Positions 21,273 to 30,613 are shown, counted from the first letter of the whole stretch. The stretch: 63,911 bases of DNA, filler included, from Bacteroidales bacterium (GCA_035389045.1; 4 parts of 4 records of this genome joined end to end with filler, not necessarily neighbours in it), one strand, 5' to 3'. The notes: a model not told the origin generated them from the letters alone. Numbers and translations are program-made.

Positions 21273-21366
21273 TAATAGCCCCGCCCTTCCTTCGAAAAAC
21301 TCAGGAAACTGGCGGGGCTATTAATGTTTTTCCTTGCAGGATAAATTCATGAATTTATCCTGCAAG
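21273..21366. terminator. Two inverted repeats between convergent genes (probable bidirectional terminator or REP-like element)
   Basis: 13-bp stem TAATAGCCCCGCC/GGCGGGGCTATTA (21273-21323) and a perfect 34-bp palindrome (21333-21366). Confidence 0.6.
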
Positions 21367-21395
21367 CGGATTTTAAAGACAGACCGGACGATTTT

Positions 21396-22874
21396 TCACA
21401 TCCCTTTTGATAAAAGAAATCCTGCGATTTCTTTTTGCCCGACTTCCAATGCCCATGCGGAAGGACTGTATTTATCCTTGTAGGTAATACATTTATAGGT
21501 GATAACCCCGTGTGTAACCGATCCGCCCAAAGTTTTAACCGTATAGTCCGGGTTAAATTTCCATAACATTTTTTCAGCCAATAATTTCACAATGTCCATA
21601 GAGCCGGCCTCAATTGCCCAATATATAGGTGTTTTCTTTGTAACCGATACCAGGCAGTGTAAATCCACGTTGTCAGGGATGTTTTGAGGTCTGACAGCAA
21701 CGTAGCCCTCCACACCGATATTAATGTCGGCACCTTTTTCAATCAAAAATGCTGCAATATCAGTCTTTTTATTTGCCAATGCCAGATTAAGTGGCGTATA
21801 ATTTTCGCCTCCGGTCAGGTTTTGTATATTCATCAGCGACATTCCTTTGGCTCTGGTGTTGATATCAGCTCCTTTTTCCACCATCAGTTTCATCAGTTCC
21901 AGATCGCCCACCTCTGCGGCCTGGCAAATAGGAAATATCTCAGCCAATGATTTATCTCCGGAGTGGTAGTTAATTGAAGTTTTGGGATCTGCTCCGTTTT
22001 GCAGCAGGATTTTAGCAATAGAAATTTTCTTATAAAACAATGCCCTGCCAAGCGCATTATATCCGTATGTTGTATTCGCGTCATTTACATCTATTCCTTT
22101 TAGCAGTAATAGTCTTAGAATATCTTCAGCCCTTCCGCAGCGCGTTTCATCAAGGTTCTTGAACCAGTCGGGAAATTTCATTCCATACGAAGTTTCAAAT
22201 GTAGGGATTTGTGATTTCCATCCATCAATCCGCACTTGTGGCTCCTGGGCAGACGATGCAAACGTATAAATCAGATTGCCGTTTTCGGCATCTTTACTAT
22301 CTGTTTTTGCGCCGGCATCAAGTAATAACTTAACACATTCAACACAATTTGAATTTCCGACCGCATAGTCCAGCGGTGACTGCTTTGTGTCAGCCTTAGG
22401 CGGACCGGCAGCCGCGATAAGGTCTTCGTAAGATTTTATCATCATTTTGTTTGCTTTTTTACCTTTTGCCTTTTCATCGTCAAGTAGTTTCTTGTAGGCG
22501 TTTACCATAGGATCACCGGAAATAATAATGCCTTTATTAACATCAGCCCCTTTTGCAAGCAACAGTTTGATCACATCAACTGAATAATATACCACTGCGT
22601 TGTATAAAGCCGAATTGTTGCCAGCGTTAGGGTCGGCGCCGTTGTCGAGAAGATAGGTAACAACTTCAGGCCACATGACGGCATACCCCATCGGAACAAG
22701 ACCGGCGGCATCCATCTGGTTAATATTGGCGCCCGCACTTAATGCTGTTTTTACGCCTTCAAGGTTTCCCTGTTTACAGGCTGTAATAAGATCTTCCTGC
22801 GGTCCAGCTGCGCAAACCTGTATCATTGCGAACAATAACAGGCTAATCGAAAATAGTTTTACTGCTTTTTTCAT
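21396..22874 (-). CDS. Exported ankyrin-repeat protein
   Basis: Signal peptide; many LLxxGADxN / TPL ankyrin units. Confidence 0.9.
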   Translation of the reverse strand: MKKAVKLFSISLLLFAMIQVCAAGPQEDLITACKQGNLEGVKTALSAGANINQMDAAGLVPMGYAVMWPEVVTYLLDNGADPNAGNNSALYNAVVYYSVDVIKLLLAKGADVNKGIIISGDPMVNAYKKLLDDEKAKGKKANKMMIKSYEDLIAAAGPPKADTKQSPLDYAVGNSNCVECVKLLLDAGAKTDSKDAENGNLIYTFASSAQEPQVRIDGWKSQIPTFETSYGMKFPDWFKNLDETRCGRAEDILRLLLLKGIDVNDANTTYGYNALGRALFYKKISIAKILLQNGADPKTSINYHSGDKSLAEIFPICQAAEVGDLELMKLMVEKGADINTRAKGMSLMNIQNLTGGENYTPLNLALANKKTDIAAFLIEKGADINIGVEGYVAVRPQNIPDNVDLHCLVSVTKKTPIYWAIEAGSMDIVKLLAEKMLWKFNPDYTVKTLGGSVTHGVITYKCITYKDKYSPSAWALEVGQKEIAGFLLSKGM

Positions 22875-22960
22875 AACGTAATAATTAAATTTTTACAAAA
22901 ATACTTTATTAATTGTTAAATACAAAGAATAGAACATTATTTTAATAAATCAGAATTAAG

Positions 22961-23078
22961 TTACGGATTCGGCATACTCAAATGTTCAGGGAAGCCGGAA
23001 AATGGGAGAAGGAGATTTTATTGAACGTACGAAGGATGTGCTGAAAAACGCGCTGAGATCATGGCAGCAGCCTGCCCG
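22961..23078 (+). pseudogene. Degenerate, frameshifted copy of the 3' part of the CCG-domain gene (21001-21122)
   Basis: caaatgttcagggaagccggaaaatgggagaaggagatttt...gcctgcccg aligns with cagatgttcaaagaagccgaaaaaggggagaaggagattttt...gcctgcccg. Confidence 0.8.
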
Positions 23079-23210
23079 ATTATACGATGAGTGTTTTTTG
23101 TTTTTCAGTTTGTTTCCTTGGCTTTATTGGGAAAGGAGGATATTCTTCTATGATGGAGTGATTGATCGGGAATCCACCATAGTAAAAAATTAATTTGTAA
23201 TAGATATTTT

Positions 23211-23615
23211 TTATTTTATGAATCCTGCAAGTATAAATACAATACCCATTATTAAAGAGCCAGCCATTTTCCAGTACCTGCCAAATCCTTTCATGATAAG
23301 AAAGGTTTTCGGATGGTTCTCGTCATATACGATTTCGACCATTTCGTTTATTTTATAAGCATCTTTTCTTCCGCCGATATAACTTCTTTTTACAATAGTT
23401 TCTCCTGTCAGGGTTTTATATTCAAGTACCGGAAAGTATTTATATGCCCTGTTGCCAAACTGTACGATTTCCTTTACAACTGCCTTCACTCTGATGCCAT
23501 TTCTTTTCAGTTTTAAAAATCTGAAAAGTGAAACAAATGAAAATAATATGAAAAACACTCCAACGAGTTGAAATACTTTTCCTGCTGTAATTCCATCGCT
23601 AAAAAAGTCCGACAT
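23211..23615 (-). CDS. DUF3592-like membrane protein
   Basis: Two TM segments flanking YFPVLEY and VEIVYDENHP. Confidence 0.75.
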   Translation of the reverse strand: MSDFFSDGITAGKVFQLVGVFFILFSFVSLFRFLKLKRNGIRVKAVVKEIVQFGNRAYKYFPVLEYKTLTGETIVKRSYIGGRKDAYKINEMVEIVYDENHPKTFLIMKGFGRYWKMAGSLIMGIVFILAGFIK

Positions 23616-23654
23616 AGTTTAGATTATTTTAATGAATAGTGTTTTCTCTCCCGG

Positions 23655-23734
23655 GGATCGCCTGTAAACCAATATGAAAAATATTGCGCCCCAAGCTGAT
23701 CCATTCGATTAGGAAGGCAAGGCATTTCTTCTTT
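23655..23734. repeat. ~80-bp intergenic repeat, copy A
   Basis: Differs from 25064-25144 by 7 substitutions and 1 indel (manual alignment). Confidence 0.9.
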
Positions 23735-23788
23735 CCCGACGGCACAGTCTACCCGCTTGCAGTAACACAAAGTCATACACTTGTCCGA

Positions 23789-25012
23789 TTATTTTTTTAT
23801 AAATATTTTTTTCAAAATCTTATCACCGGTATTTGCTTTGACAATATAAATTCCTCTTGATAGATCTCCTAATTCGATTGTTCTCTCTTTACCATTATTA
23901 TTAATTGTCTTAATAACTTGCCCATTGATATCTATTATTTCTATTGTAACTTTTTCTGGGATAAAGATATTAATATAGTCTGTGGCTGGGTTTGGAAAAA
24001 CATCGATCTGATTTTCTATCTGATTTTCAAATATTGCTGCTGTTGATGGGGTGTATTCCCAGAGTTCATCTGTCTGGCCTCCGGCATTAGGGGTATTACC
24101 TGTACCGATGTATCCCTTGCCGTTAATTGAGAATCCTATAGACGAATAACGTGTATAGGAGGGTAAACTTTCTTTTTGTGTCCAGGTGTCGGTAAACGAG
24201 TCATATTCCCATAAGTCATTGAAATATTGAGTCGCGTCCATACCTCCGAACACATATCCTTTGGAACCAATGACAAAACTACTGGCATACTTGCGTGGAG
24301 GACCGGGGAAACTACTCTTTTGTGTCCAGGTATCTGTCTGGCTGTCGTATTGCCAGATATCCATTAAATATTGTGTTACATTGTTAACACCCAAACCAAC
24401 ATAAATATATTTGTTAACTGAAAAATAAACACAATAGGAACGTTCGCTTCCCGGTAAACTGGCTTTCTGTGTCCATAAGTCAGTTAAAGGGTTGTATTCA
24501 TACAGGTCATTATAATAAGTATTGGCCCCGGAGTTTTCCCTGTGCAGACCCATCCCAACATAACCTTTTCCGTTAATTTCAAAACCAAAAGCTCCGTTTC
24601 TCCCGGTTCCGGGGAAGTCAGCTTTTTGTGACCATGTGTTTGTTGATGGGTCATAAGCTCGCAAATCCCGATAAAACACAAACGGTTGCGTACCCGTAGT
24701 GCCATCCCAGTAACAGCCGGTACAAACGTATCCGATATTCCCGATAGAAAAACAAGCTGAATAAATTCTGTCGTTATAAAAATCAGAAATTTGTGTCCAG
24801 GCATTAACAGCCGGGTTGTATTGCCAAAAGTCACTATTACTTGGATATGTACTTGTTGAACCCAGACCAATGTACCCTTTGTCGCCGATGGCCATTCCAG
24901 ATCCAAAATAACGGGCATCGCCACCAAAGTCTGTTTTCTGTGTCCAGTAACCCTGTGCTGTTGCAGAGACTGCAAACAGACTTATCATTATATAGAGGAG
25001 ATTTTTTTTCAT
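23789..25012 (-). CDS. Kelch-repeat beta-propeller protein with T9SS type A C-terminal domain
   Basis: Repeats WTQKADFPG..R...F.I..KGYVG; CTD VFPNPA...GIYIV...KIFIKK; ATG 25012 gives a clean signal peptide. Confidence 0.9.
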   Translation of the reverse strand: MKKNLLYIMISLFAVSATAQGYWTQKTDFGGDARYFGSGMAIGDKGYIGLGSTSTYPSNSDFWQYNPAVNAWTQISDFYNDRIYSACFSIGNIGYVCTGCYWDGTTGTQPFVFYRDLRAYDPSTNTWSQKADFPGTGRNGAFGFEINGKGYVGMGLHRENSGANTYYNDLYEYNPLTDLWTQKASLPGSERSYCVYFSVNKYIYVGLGVNNVTQYLMDIWQYDSQTDTWTQKSSFPGPPRKYASSFVIGSKGYVFGGMDATQYFNDLWEYDSFTDTWTQKESLPSYTRYSSIGFSINGKGYIGTGNTPNAGGQTDELWEYTPSTAAIFENQIENQIDVFPNPATDYINIFIPEKVTIEIIDINGQVIKTINNNGKERTIELGDLSRGIYIVKANTGDKILKKIFIKK

Positions 25013-25063
25013 AATTAATATTTCAGTATTTGTTTTTTTAATAAAAATTGTTTTTTCTACCTC

Positions 25064-25144
25064 GGATCGCCTGTAAACCAATTATGAAAAATATTGCCCT
25101 CCATGCAGATCCGTTCGATTAGGAATGCATGGCATTTCTTCTTT
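25064..25144. repeat. ~80-bp intergenic repeat, copy B
   Basis: See copy A; contains the stem CCATGCA/TGCATGG. Confidence 0.9.
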
Positions 25145-25240
25145 GTCGTCATGGTCTTTCCTGCACGTCAGGCAGCGTTCTGGTTGGGGTAATAGGTGCG
25201 GATTTATTTTGTAATGGTAGAAAAAAATATTTCCTGTCAC

Positions 25241-25648
25241 TCATTTTTTTCTTTTTATACTAAGGCTATCAAGGTATTTCATGAAGTTTAACAAATCAGT
25301 ATCTGAAGGTGTATAAGATGGCGGGTATGCTTCGTGCCCTGCATTTAATGCTCCTTTTATTGTCCCATCAACATATTGTGAACCAGGAAATAAAAATTCG
25401 TCAGGGTCATAACGCTCACTGCTCCACTTAAAAATCGCAAAATCCCAATTTTCCATAGACCCGTTAAATTTTAGTCTTGCGATCGGACTGTCTTTTTCTC
25501 CTTCTTTTCTATTGAGCAATAAATTGCTTCCCCTGAATATTGCATAATATGAAAATTCAGGAGTTTTGGAAAAAACTTTTTTATTAAAGTCTGCAATAAT
25601 GTTTTGCACTTTGTTTTGAATGTCTGCCGGAATTGTTGCTTTTGCCAT
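25241..25648 (-). CDS. Hypothetical protein
   Basis: 135-aa ORF with ATG start and globular composition (ARLKF...WDFAIFKWSSERY). Confidence 0.7.
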   Translation of the reverse strand: MAKATIPADIQNKVQNIIADFNKKVFSKTPEFSYYAIFRGSNLLLNRKEGEKDSPIARLKFNGSMENWDFAIFKWSSERYDPDEFLFPGSQYVDGTIKGALNAGHEAYPPSYTPSDTDLLNFMKYLDSLSIKRKK

Positions 25649-25796
25649 TTTGTTCGTTTTTTATTGCTTGCCGTTACTATTTTGGGAACAGGTTTCTGAT
25701 GGGGTGACTACCCACTGAACGGATACAAATATACAAAACTTTCCATTCAACCATAAAGGTCAAAGAAAAGGATGGAAAAATTGCAACTTAAATAGT

Positions 25797-25804
25797 TAAC
25801 TTTG
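25797..25804 (+). promoter_or_regulatory. Candidate -7 box TAACTTTG
   Basis: Matches TAnnTTTG ~50 bp upstream of the 25854 ATG. Confidence 0.5.
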
Positions 25805-25853
25805 CATCCCGAATTAATTTTTATTCAAATATTTATATAACTCTGTTGTCATT

Positions 25854-28800
25854 ATGAAAAAAGTTCTTTTTCTTCTGCTTGTTCTTTCATCATGTACTGT
25901 TTATCCGTCTGTTGTTTATGTCAATCAGGCTGCCACCGGATTAAACAATGGCACCTCCTGGGCAAATGCATACACCGATCTGGAAATGGCACTGCTGTTA
26001 GCCGTAAGCGGCGATGAGGTATGGGTGGCCAAAGGCACCTATTACACCTCATCCACCAACGACAGGGGTTCATCATTTGTAATTAACAATGGTGTAAAGT
26101 TATACGGGAATTTTTTTGGGAATGAAACAAATATCAACCAGCGTGTTGACCTTATTCCAAATGAATTGGGCTCAGACCGGACCAATGAAACTATCTTATC
26201 CGGCGATATCGGCACACTGAACGACAGTACTGACAATGCCAACCACGTTATTTTCGCCATCGACAACACACTGCCCATAATAATTAACGGTGTTAAAGTT
26301 GTATGTGGTAATGCCATACAGACTCCCTACAAAGGCAAAGGAGGTGGTATATACATGGAAAATGTCGGAAATGTTACCCTTCAGAATATTATTGTTGCCC
26401 ATAGCACAGCCACTGCCGGAAATGAAGGCAAGGGTGCAGGCATTTATGCAGAAACGGCCGCTGCTTTCATCCTTGAAAACTCAACAGTACGGCGTAACTG
26501 GCTGATTGATGATCCCGCAGTTTCAGGAAGTTCATCATATTCAGGAGGAGGTATCTATGTCAATTGTCCGGTGATTCAGATCGCCAACTCATTTATTGAT
26601 AACAATAAAATTCTGTCATCCAGATCAAATAGTACTATTAATGGCGGAGGGCTTTACATTGTAAATAATTTAAGCCTTACTATTTCAAATACAGATTTTA
26701 AGAATAACATCATCAACAGTACGAACAGCACCACAAGCAATTATCTTTATGGCGGAGGTCTTGCCTGCTATGGAATTACTTATGCTGTTTGCAATCTTTC
26801 CCAGATTGAAATTTTACAGAACAGTATCGTCATCACGCGGGGCAATTCTTATGGGGCAGGCAGCTATTTCAGTATGGATACAGTAAAAGTTTCTAACGGC
26901 ATAGTTAATAACAATCAGACCAACAACACATCGGCTTCGTCTGGAAGCAATCAGGGTGGCGGGATGTATGCTTCCGGCAAAAAGACTACGATAACGAATT
27001 CCACGTTCAACCAAAATAAAATTTATGGGAGGTATGCCAGCGGCGGCGGCATTTACCTGAGTTCGGGCTCTACGGATACCTGCCAGATACAAGGCTCCCG
27101 GTTTTCAAGCAACACCCTGCAGGCTGCAAATTATTACAGCGCTTCGCTGCTTGGCGGAGGACTTTATTTAAATACGCTGACAAATTTCAGTAATTCGATG
27201 ATAGAAAACAACACCGTTACATTATCTTCCCTGGCCAATGCAAGCCCTGCCGCCACAAGCAATGCCTATGGCGGCGGATTGGCTACCGGTAAATATCTGG
27301 CGATGATGAGTTGTGTGGTCGACTCCAACATCTTACAATCTTTGCAGGTCTATAATTATAATACGATGATTAATGATAGTATGAAGGCTTTGGCTTATGG
27401 CGGAGGTATCTATTCAACGGCAAAACTGAAAGTGAATAACTCTGATATAAGCTATAACAAAGCTGATGCCCAGATACTGGTTTATCAGATGTGGACAAGC
27501 TATTTCCGCGGCGTCTGCTATGGAGGTGGTATTTATAATAAATTTTCCACCGCAGGCCAGAAGAGCCTGGTGTCGTACAGTACCATTAACAATAATGAAG
27601 CGAAGACGTATATTGATCTGGCCAACGGCGAAGTCAAAGGAGGCGGCATATATTGTAATAATATGGACATCCTGCACAACCAGGTTTCGGACAATGAGAC
27701 CTATGTTGATTTATCGGTCAGCGGAAGTCAGAACCAGGGCGGTGGAATATTTCATAACGGTACCGGGAAATTGTATCACAACCACATTAGTTTGAATACT
27801 GCAGAAGCCAATACCATCTATATGAGCGGGGGGTACTCTTCAAACACCTATGGCGGAGGTGTTTATTCAAATTCACCGGATACGATCTCCAACTGTCTGA
27901 TACACAATAACAGGGCTATTGCACGCAACAAAACATACGGGGGCGGACTTTACAACCGCGGTGCGTCAAAGATTTCCAATGTAACGGTGGCGGAAAACCA
28001 TACCTACAGCGAACTCTTAACCCGTTACGGAAGCGGCATCTATACAAATAACTCCAATGCTAAGATATTAAATTCGATCATCTTTTTTAATGATTCACTC
28101 AATTATTATGATTCCACAGCCATTTCACTGGTAAAAAACAGTGTCATTCAGCTTTATCAGAGTGGTGGCGGCAACTTCAACATCAATCCGCAATTTGTGG
28201 ATACTGCTGTCAACAACTTTCACGTAACATCCGGAAGCATTGCCATTGACAGAGGTGATTCGGCCTATATACCCGGTGATGTTCACACCGACCTTGATGG
28301 CTTTGACCGGATTTCAGGAAATAATGTGGACATTGGAACTTTTGAATTGGACCAGTGCAAAAACTATTCTTATGTATCTGAGTCTGTTTGCTATGGAATC
28401 CCATACTTTTTCAATGGACAGAATCTTATGACATCAGGCATATATTATGATACCCTGACCAATGTTTCTAACTGTGACAGCCTGGTTACATTGAATCTGA
28501 CTGTATACGATCCTGTCAACGCTATGGATGTCCAGACGGCCTGCAACACCTACACATGGATCAATGGGATAACTTATACTTCAAGCAATAACACCGCTAC
28601 TTATGTACTTACCAACAATGCGGGATGCGACAGCACCGTTACGCTGAACCTGACGATCAGACATTCCACCGCAGCAACGGATGTGCAAACCGCCTGCGAC
28701 ACTTACACATGGATCAATGGAATAACTTATACTTCAGGCAACAACACCGCTACTTATGTACTGACCAACCATGCGGGATGCGACAGCACCGTTACCCTGA

Positions 28801-29294
28801 ACCTGACGATATATACGGTTGATAACAGTGTTTCAGTTTATGATCCCATGATCACCGCCAACGCAGACGGTGCGACCTATCAATGGCTGGACTGCAATAA
28901 TTCTTTTTCATTCATTCCGGGAGAGACCGCCCAATCCTTCACGGCCCTGACCAACGGAAATTTTGCCGTGGAGGTAACTGGTAACGGATGTACAGATACA
29001 TCGGTATGTGTGAATGTTCTGACGGTTGGAATGCCGGAAAATATAAGTGACGGAGAGATAAGGATTTATCCCAACCCTGCCAATTCTTTCATTACCATAG
29101 CTTCATCCGGGGGGATTATCAATGGATTAAAACTGATCAATACATTAGGACAAATAATTGAGAACGTAAATGTAAAAATTGACGGAATGTATTATACGGT
29201 GGATCTGAGCGAAGTAACCAACGGGATATATGTTGTAGAAATAACTATGGCTGATCATACGGTTTTCAATAAGAAAATCAGTATACATAAATAA
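25854..29294 (+). CDS. T9SS-secreted beta-helix protein (GGGIY repeats, choice-of-anchor Q-like region, CDS-repeat stalk, type A CTD)
   Basis: GTSWANAY..L start, numerous GGG(I/L)Y repeats, DLDGFDR...VDIGTFE, GCDSTVTLNLT repeats and IYPNPA CTD. Confidence 0.88.
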   Translation: MKKVLFLLLVLSSCTVYPSVVYVNQAATGLNNGTSWANAYTDLEMALLLAVSGDEVWVAKGTYYTSSTNDRGSSFVINNGVKLYGNFFGNETNINQRVDLIPNELGSDRTNETILSGDIGTLNDSTDNANHVIFAIDNTLPIIINGVKVVCGNAIQTPYKGKGGGIYMENVGNVTLQNIIVAHSTATAGNEGKGAGIYAETAAAFILENSTVRRNWLIDDPAVSGSSSYSGGGIYVNCPVIQIANSFIDNNKILSSRSNSTINGGGLYIVNNLSLTISNTDFKNNIINSTNSTTSNYLYGGGLACYGITYAVCNLSQIEILQNSIVITRGNSYGAGSYFSMDTVKVSNGIVNNNQTNNTSASSGSNQGGGMYASGKKTTITNSTFNQNKIYGRYASGGGIYLSSGSTDTCQIQGSRFSSNTLQAANYYSASLLGGGLYLNTLTNFSNSMIENNTVTLSSLANASPAATSNAYGGGLATGKYLAMMSCVVDSNILQSLQVYNYNTMINDSMKALAYGGGIYSTAKLKVNNSDISYNKADAQILVYQMWTSYFRGVCYGGGIYNKFSTAGQKSLVSYSTINNNEAKTYIDLANGEVKGGGIYCNNMDILHNQVSDNETYVDLSVSGSQNQGGGIFHNGTGKLYHNHISLNTAEANTIYMSGGYSSNTYGGGVYSNSPDTISNCLIHNNRAIARNKTYGGGLYNRGASKISNVTVAENHTYSELLTRYGSGIYTNNSNAKILNSIIFFNDSLNYYDSTAISLVKNSVIQLYQSGGGNFNINPQFVDTAVNNFHVTSGSIAIDRGDSAYIPGDVHTDLDGFDRISGNNVDIGTFELDQCKNYSYVSESVCYGIPYFFNGQNLMTSGIYYDTLTNVSNCDSLVTLNLTVYDPVNAMDVQTACNTYTWINGITYTSSNNTATYVLTNNAGCDSTVTLNLTIRHSTAATDVQTACDTYTWINGITYTSGNNTATYVLTNHAGCDSTVTLNLTIYTVDNSVSVYDPMITANADGATYQWLDCNNSFSFIPGETAQSFTALTNGNFAVEVTGNGCTDTSVCVNVLTVGMPENISDGEIRIYPNPANSFITIASSGGIINGLKLINTLGQIIENVNVKIDGMYYTVDLSEVTNGIYVVEITMADHTVFNKKISIHK
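28527..28809 (+). repeat. Intragenic tandem duplication, 153-bp period
   Basis: Two near-identical copies encoding DVQTAC(N/D)TYTWINGITYTS.NNTATYVLTN.AGCDSTVTLNLT. Confidence 0.9.
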
Positions 29295-29312
29295 GCGCTG
29301 CTGGCAGTAAAT

Positions 29313-29339
29313 AAAAAAAGGGGACATCAGCCCCCTTTT
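29313..29339. terminator. Bidirectional intrinsic terminator
   Basis: AAAAGGGG/CCCCTTTT stem between convergent genes. Confidence 0.6.
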
Positions 29340-29356
29340 CATGACATGGATAGATC

Positions 29357-29572
29357 TTAGTCAAGTTCGCACTTTACAGTGGCATCTCCGTTTTGGTAAG
29401 TAACCTGAAGGGCATCACATGCGTCTTTTGCTTTCTTTTCGGTAGTACTTGGCATTGCTCCTTTTAAAGTACCCATTTCATCTCCTGTGCAGGTGCATAC
29501 ATAGTCTTTTTTGCATGAAGCAAGTGATGCAAATACTAATGCGATAACTGCAATTGTAAAAAGTTTTTTCAT
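29357..29572 (-). CDS. Small Cys-rich lipoprotein (71 aa)
   Basis: MKKLF...LASC lipobox, KKDYVCTC...AC...CEL; TAAATTTG -7 box at 29600-29607. Confidence 0.8.
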   Translation of the reverse strand: MKKLFTIAVIALVFASLASCKKDYVCTCTGDEMGTLKGAMPSTTEKKAKDACDALQVTYQNGDATVKCELD

Positions 29573-29928
29573 AAAATATATGTTTTTATTTTTGCAGTGC
29601 AAATTTATGTAAATATACTACAAACAATAAAAATTTTTAAATTTTTTATATCTTGCTGGAGGATAATTATATATAAATAATTCCATACGGTAAAAATCAT
29701 TTTTTTTGGAAATGGATCCCGAATTTACACCCGGAAAACGAACAGTAATGCAAATTGTTTAATTCACAAGAACAAGTAAGGTATAGTTATATGATCATTT
29801 TTAGACTTCATTAGATCTGTTTTTTTGAAACAGGTCTTTTATGTTCTGTTATCGAATGTGTTTATAGTCAGTTTGTTAACTAATAAACTCATCCGCCGGC
29901 AAATACCCATGAATAGTTTTCAATCTCT

Positions 29929-30468
29929 TTACTTTTTGCCGGATATTTTATATCCGATAGGTTTTCTTTCTGGCACAGGCTGATTTAGAAGTTGTTTCAG
30001 CGCTTCAAATATTAATTGAATATCCTCATTGTTTTGTACAACCTGTCTTTCCAGTTGTTCTAACTTTAACAAGATGTCTTTATGCGTTAAGAGCATCTCT
30101 TTTATGCGTGTAAAAACCCTGATAATGTTTATATTTACCTCAATAGCCCTGTCGCTGTTTAGTATGCATGACAACATTGTTACACCTTGTTCTGAGAAGC
30201 AGTAAGGAGCATAGCGCAAGCCTTTCATATCAGATTTGGAGGTCGCAAATTGCGTCCTCCAAATTTCAAATTCATCCTTTGTCATTTCAAACATAAAATC
30301 CTCGGGAAAACGCCTGATATTTCGTTTTACGGCTTCTTTCAATCGTTTGGTTTCCACGCCGTAAAGTTCTGCCAAATCCCTGTCAATCATAACTTTTTTT
30401 CCTCGTACAAGATAGATTTTACTGATGATAATCTCATCCGGTATTGAAGGAAGATTTGTTTTTGTCAT
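29929..30468 (-). CDS. ORF6N-domain (KilA-N-like) DNA-binding protein
   Basis: RGKKVMIDRDLAELYGVETKRL..AVKRN..RFPEDFMF, FSEQGVTMLS and terminal RKPIGY. Confidence 0.92.
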   Translation of the reverse strand: MTKTNLPSIPDEIIISKIYLVRGKKVMIDRDLAELYGVETKRLKEAVKRNIRRFPEDFMFEMTKDEFEIWRTQFATSKSDMKGLRYAPYCFSEQGVTMLSCILNSDRAIEVNINIIRVFTRIKEMLLTHKDILLKLEQLERQVVQNNEDIQLIFEALKQLLNQPVPERKPIGYKISGKK

Positions 30469-30613
30469 CTTATTAAGATTAAGATAAATATGTCGTAAAA
30501 ATAATAGTAAATTGGAGGTCGCAAGTTGCGACCACAAACTTTAAAGAAAAATTTATATTGATAAATATGCATCCATTGTTTATTTGGATTTTTCTGAAAA
30601 CATTAGTTAACAA

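Noticed and set aside
22961..23078. Possible DGR template/variable repeat pair with 21001-21122
   Set aside because: Differences are not adenine-specific, they include indels, and no reverse transcriptase is present.
23002..23193. 63-aa ORF MGEGDFIERTK...
   Set aside because: Its start is a frameshifted remnant of the CCG gene duplicate; not a credible gene.
29929..30468. Prophage suggested by the ORF6N domain
   Set aside because: No integrase, structural, terminase or replication genes nearby.
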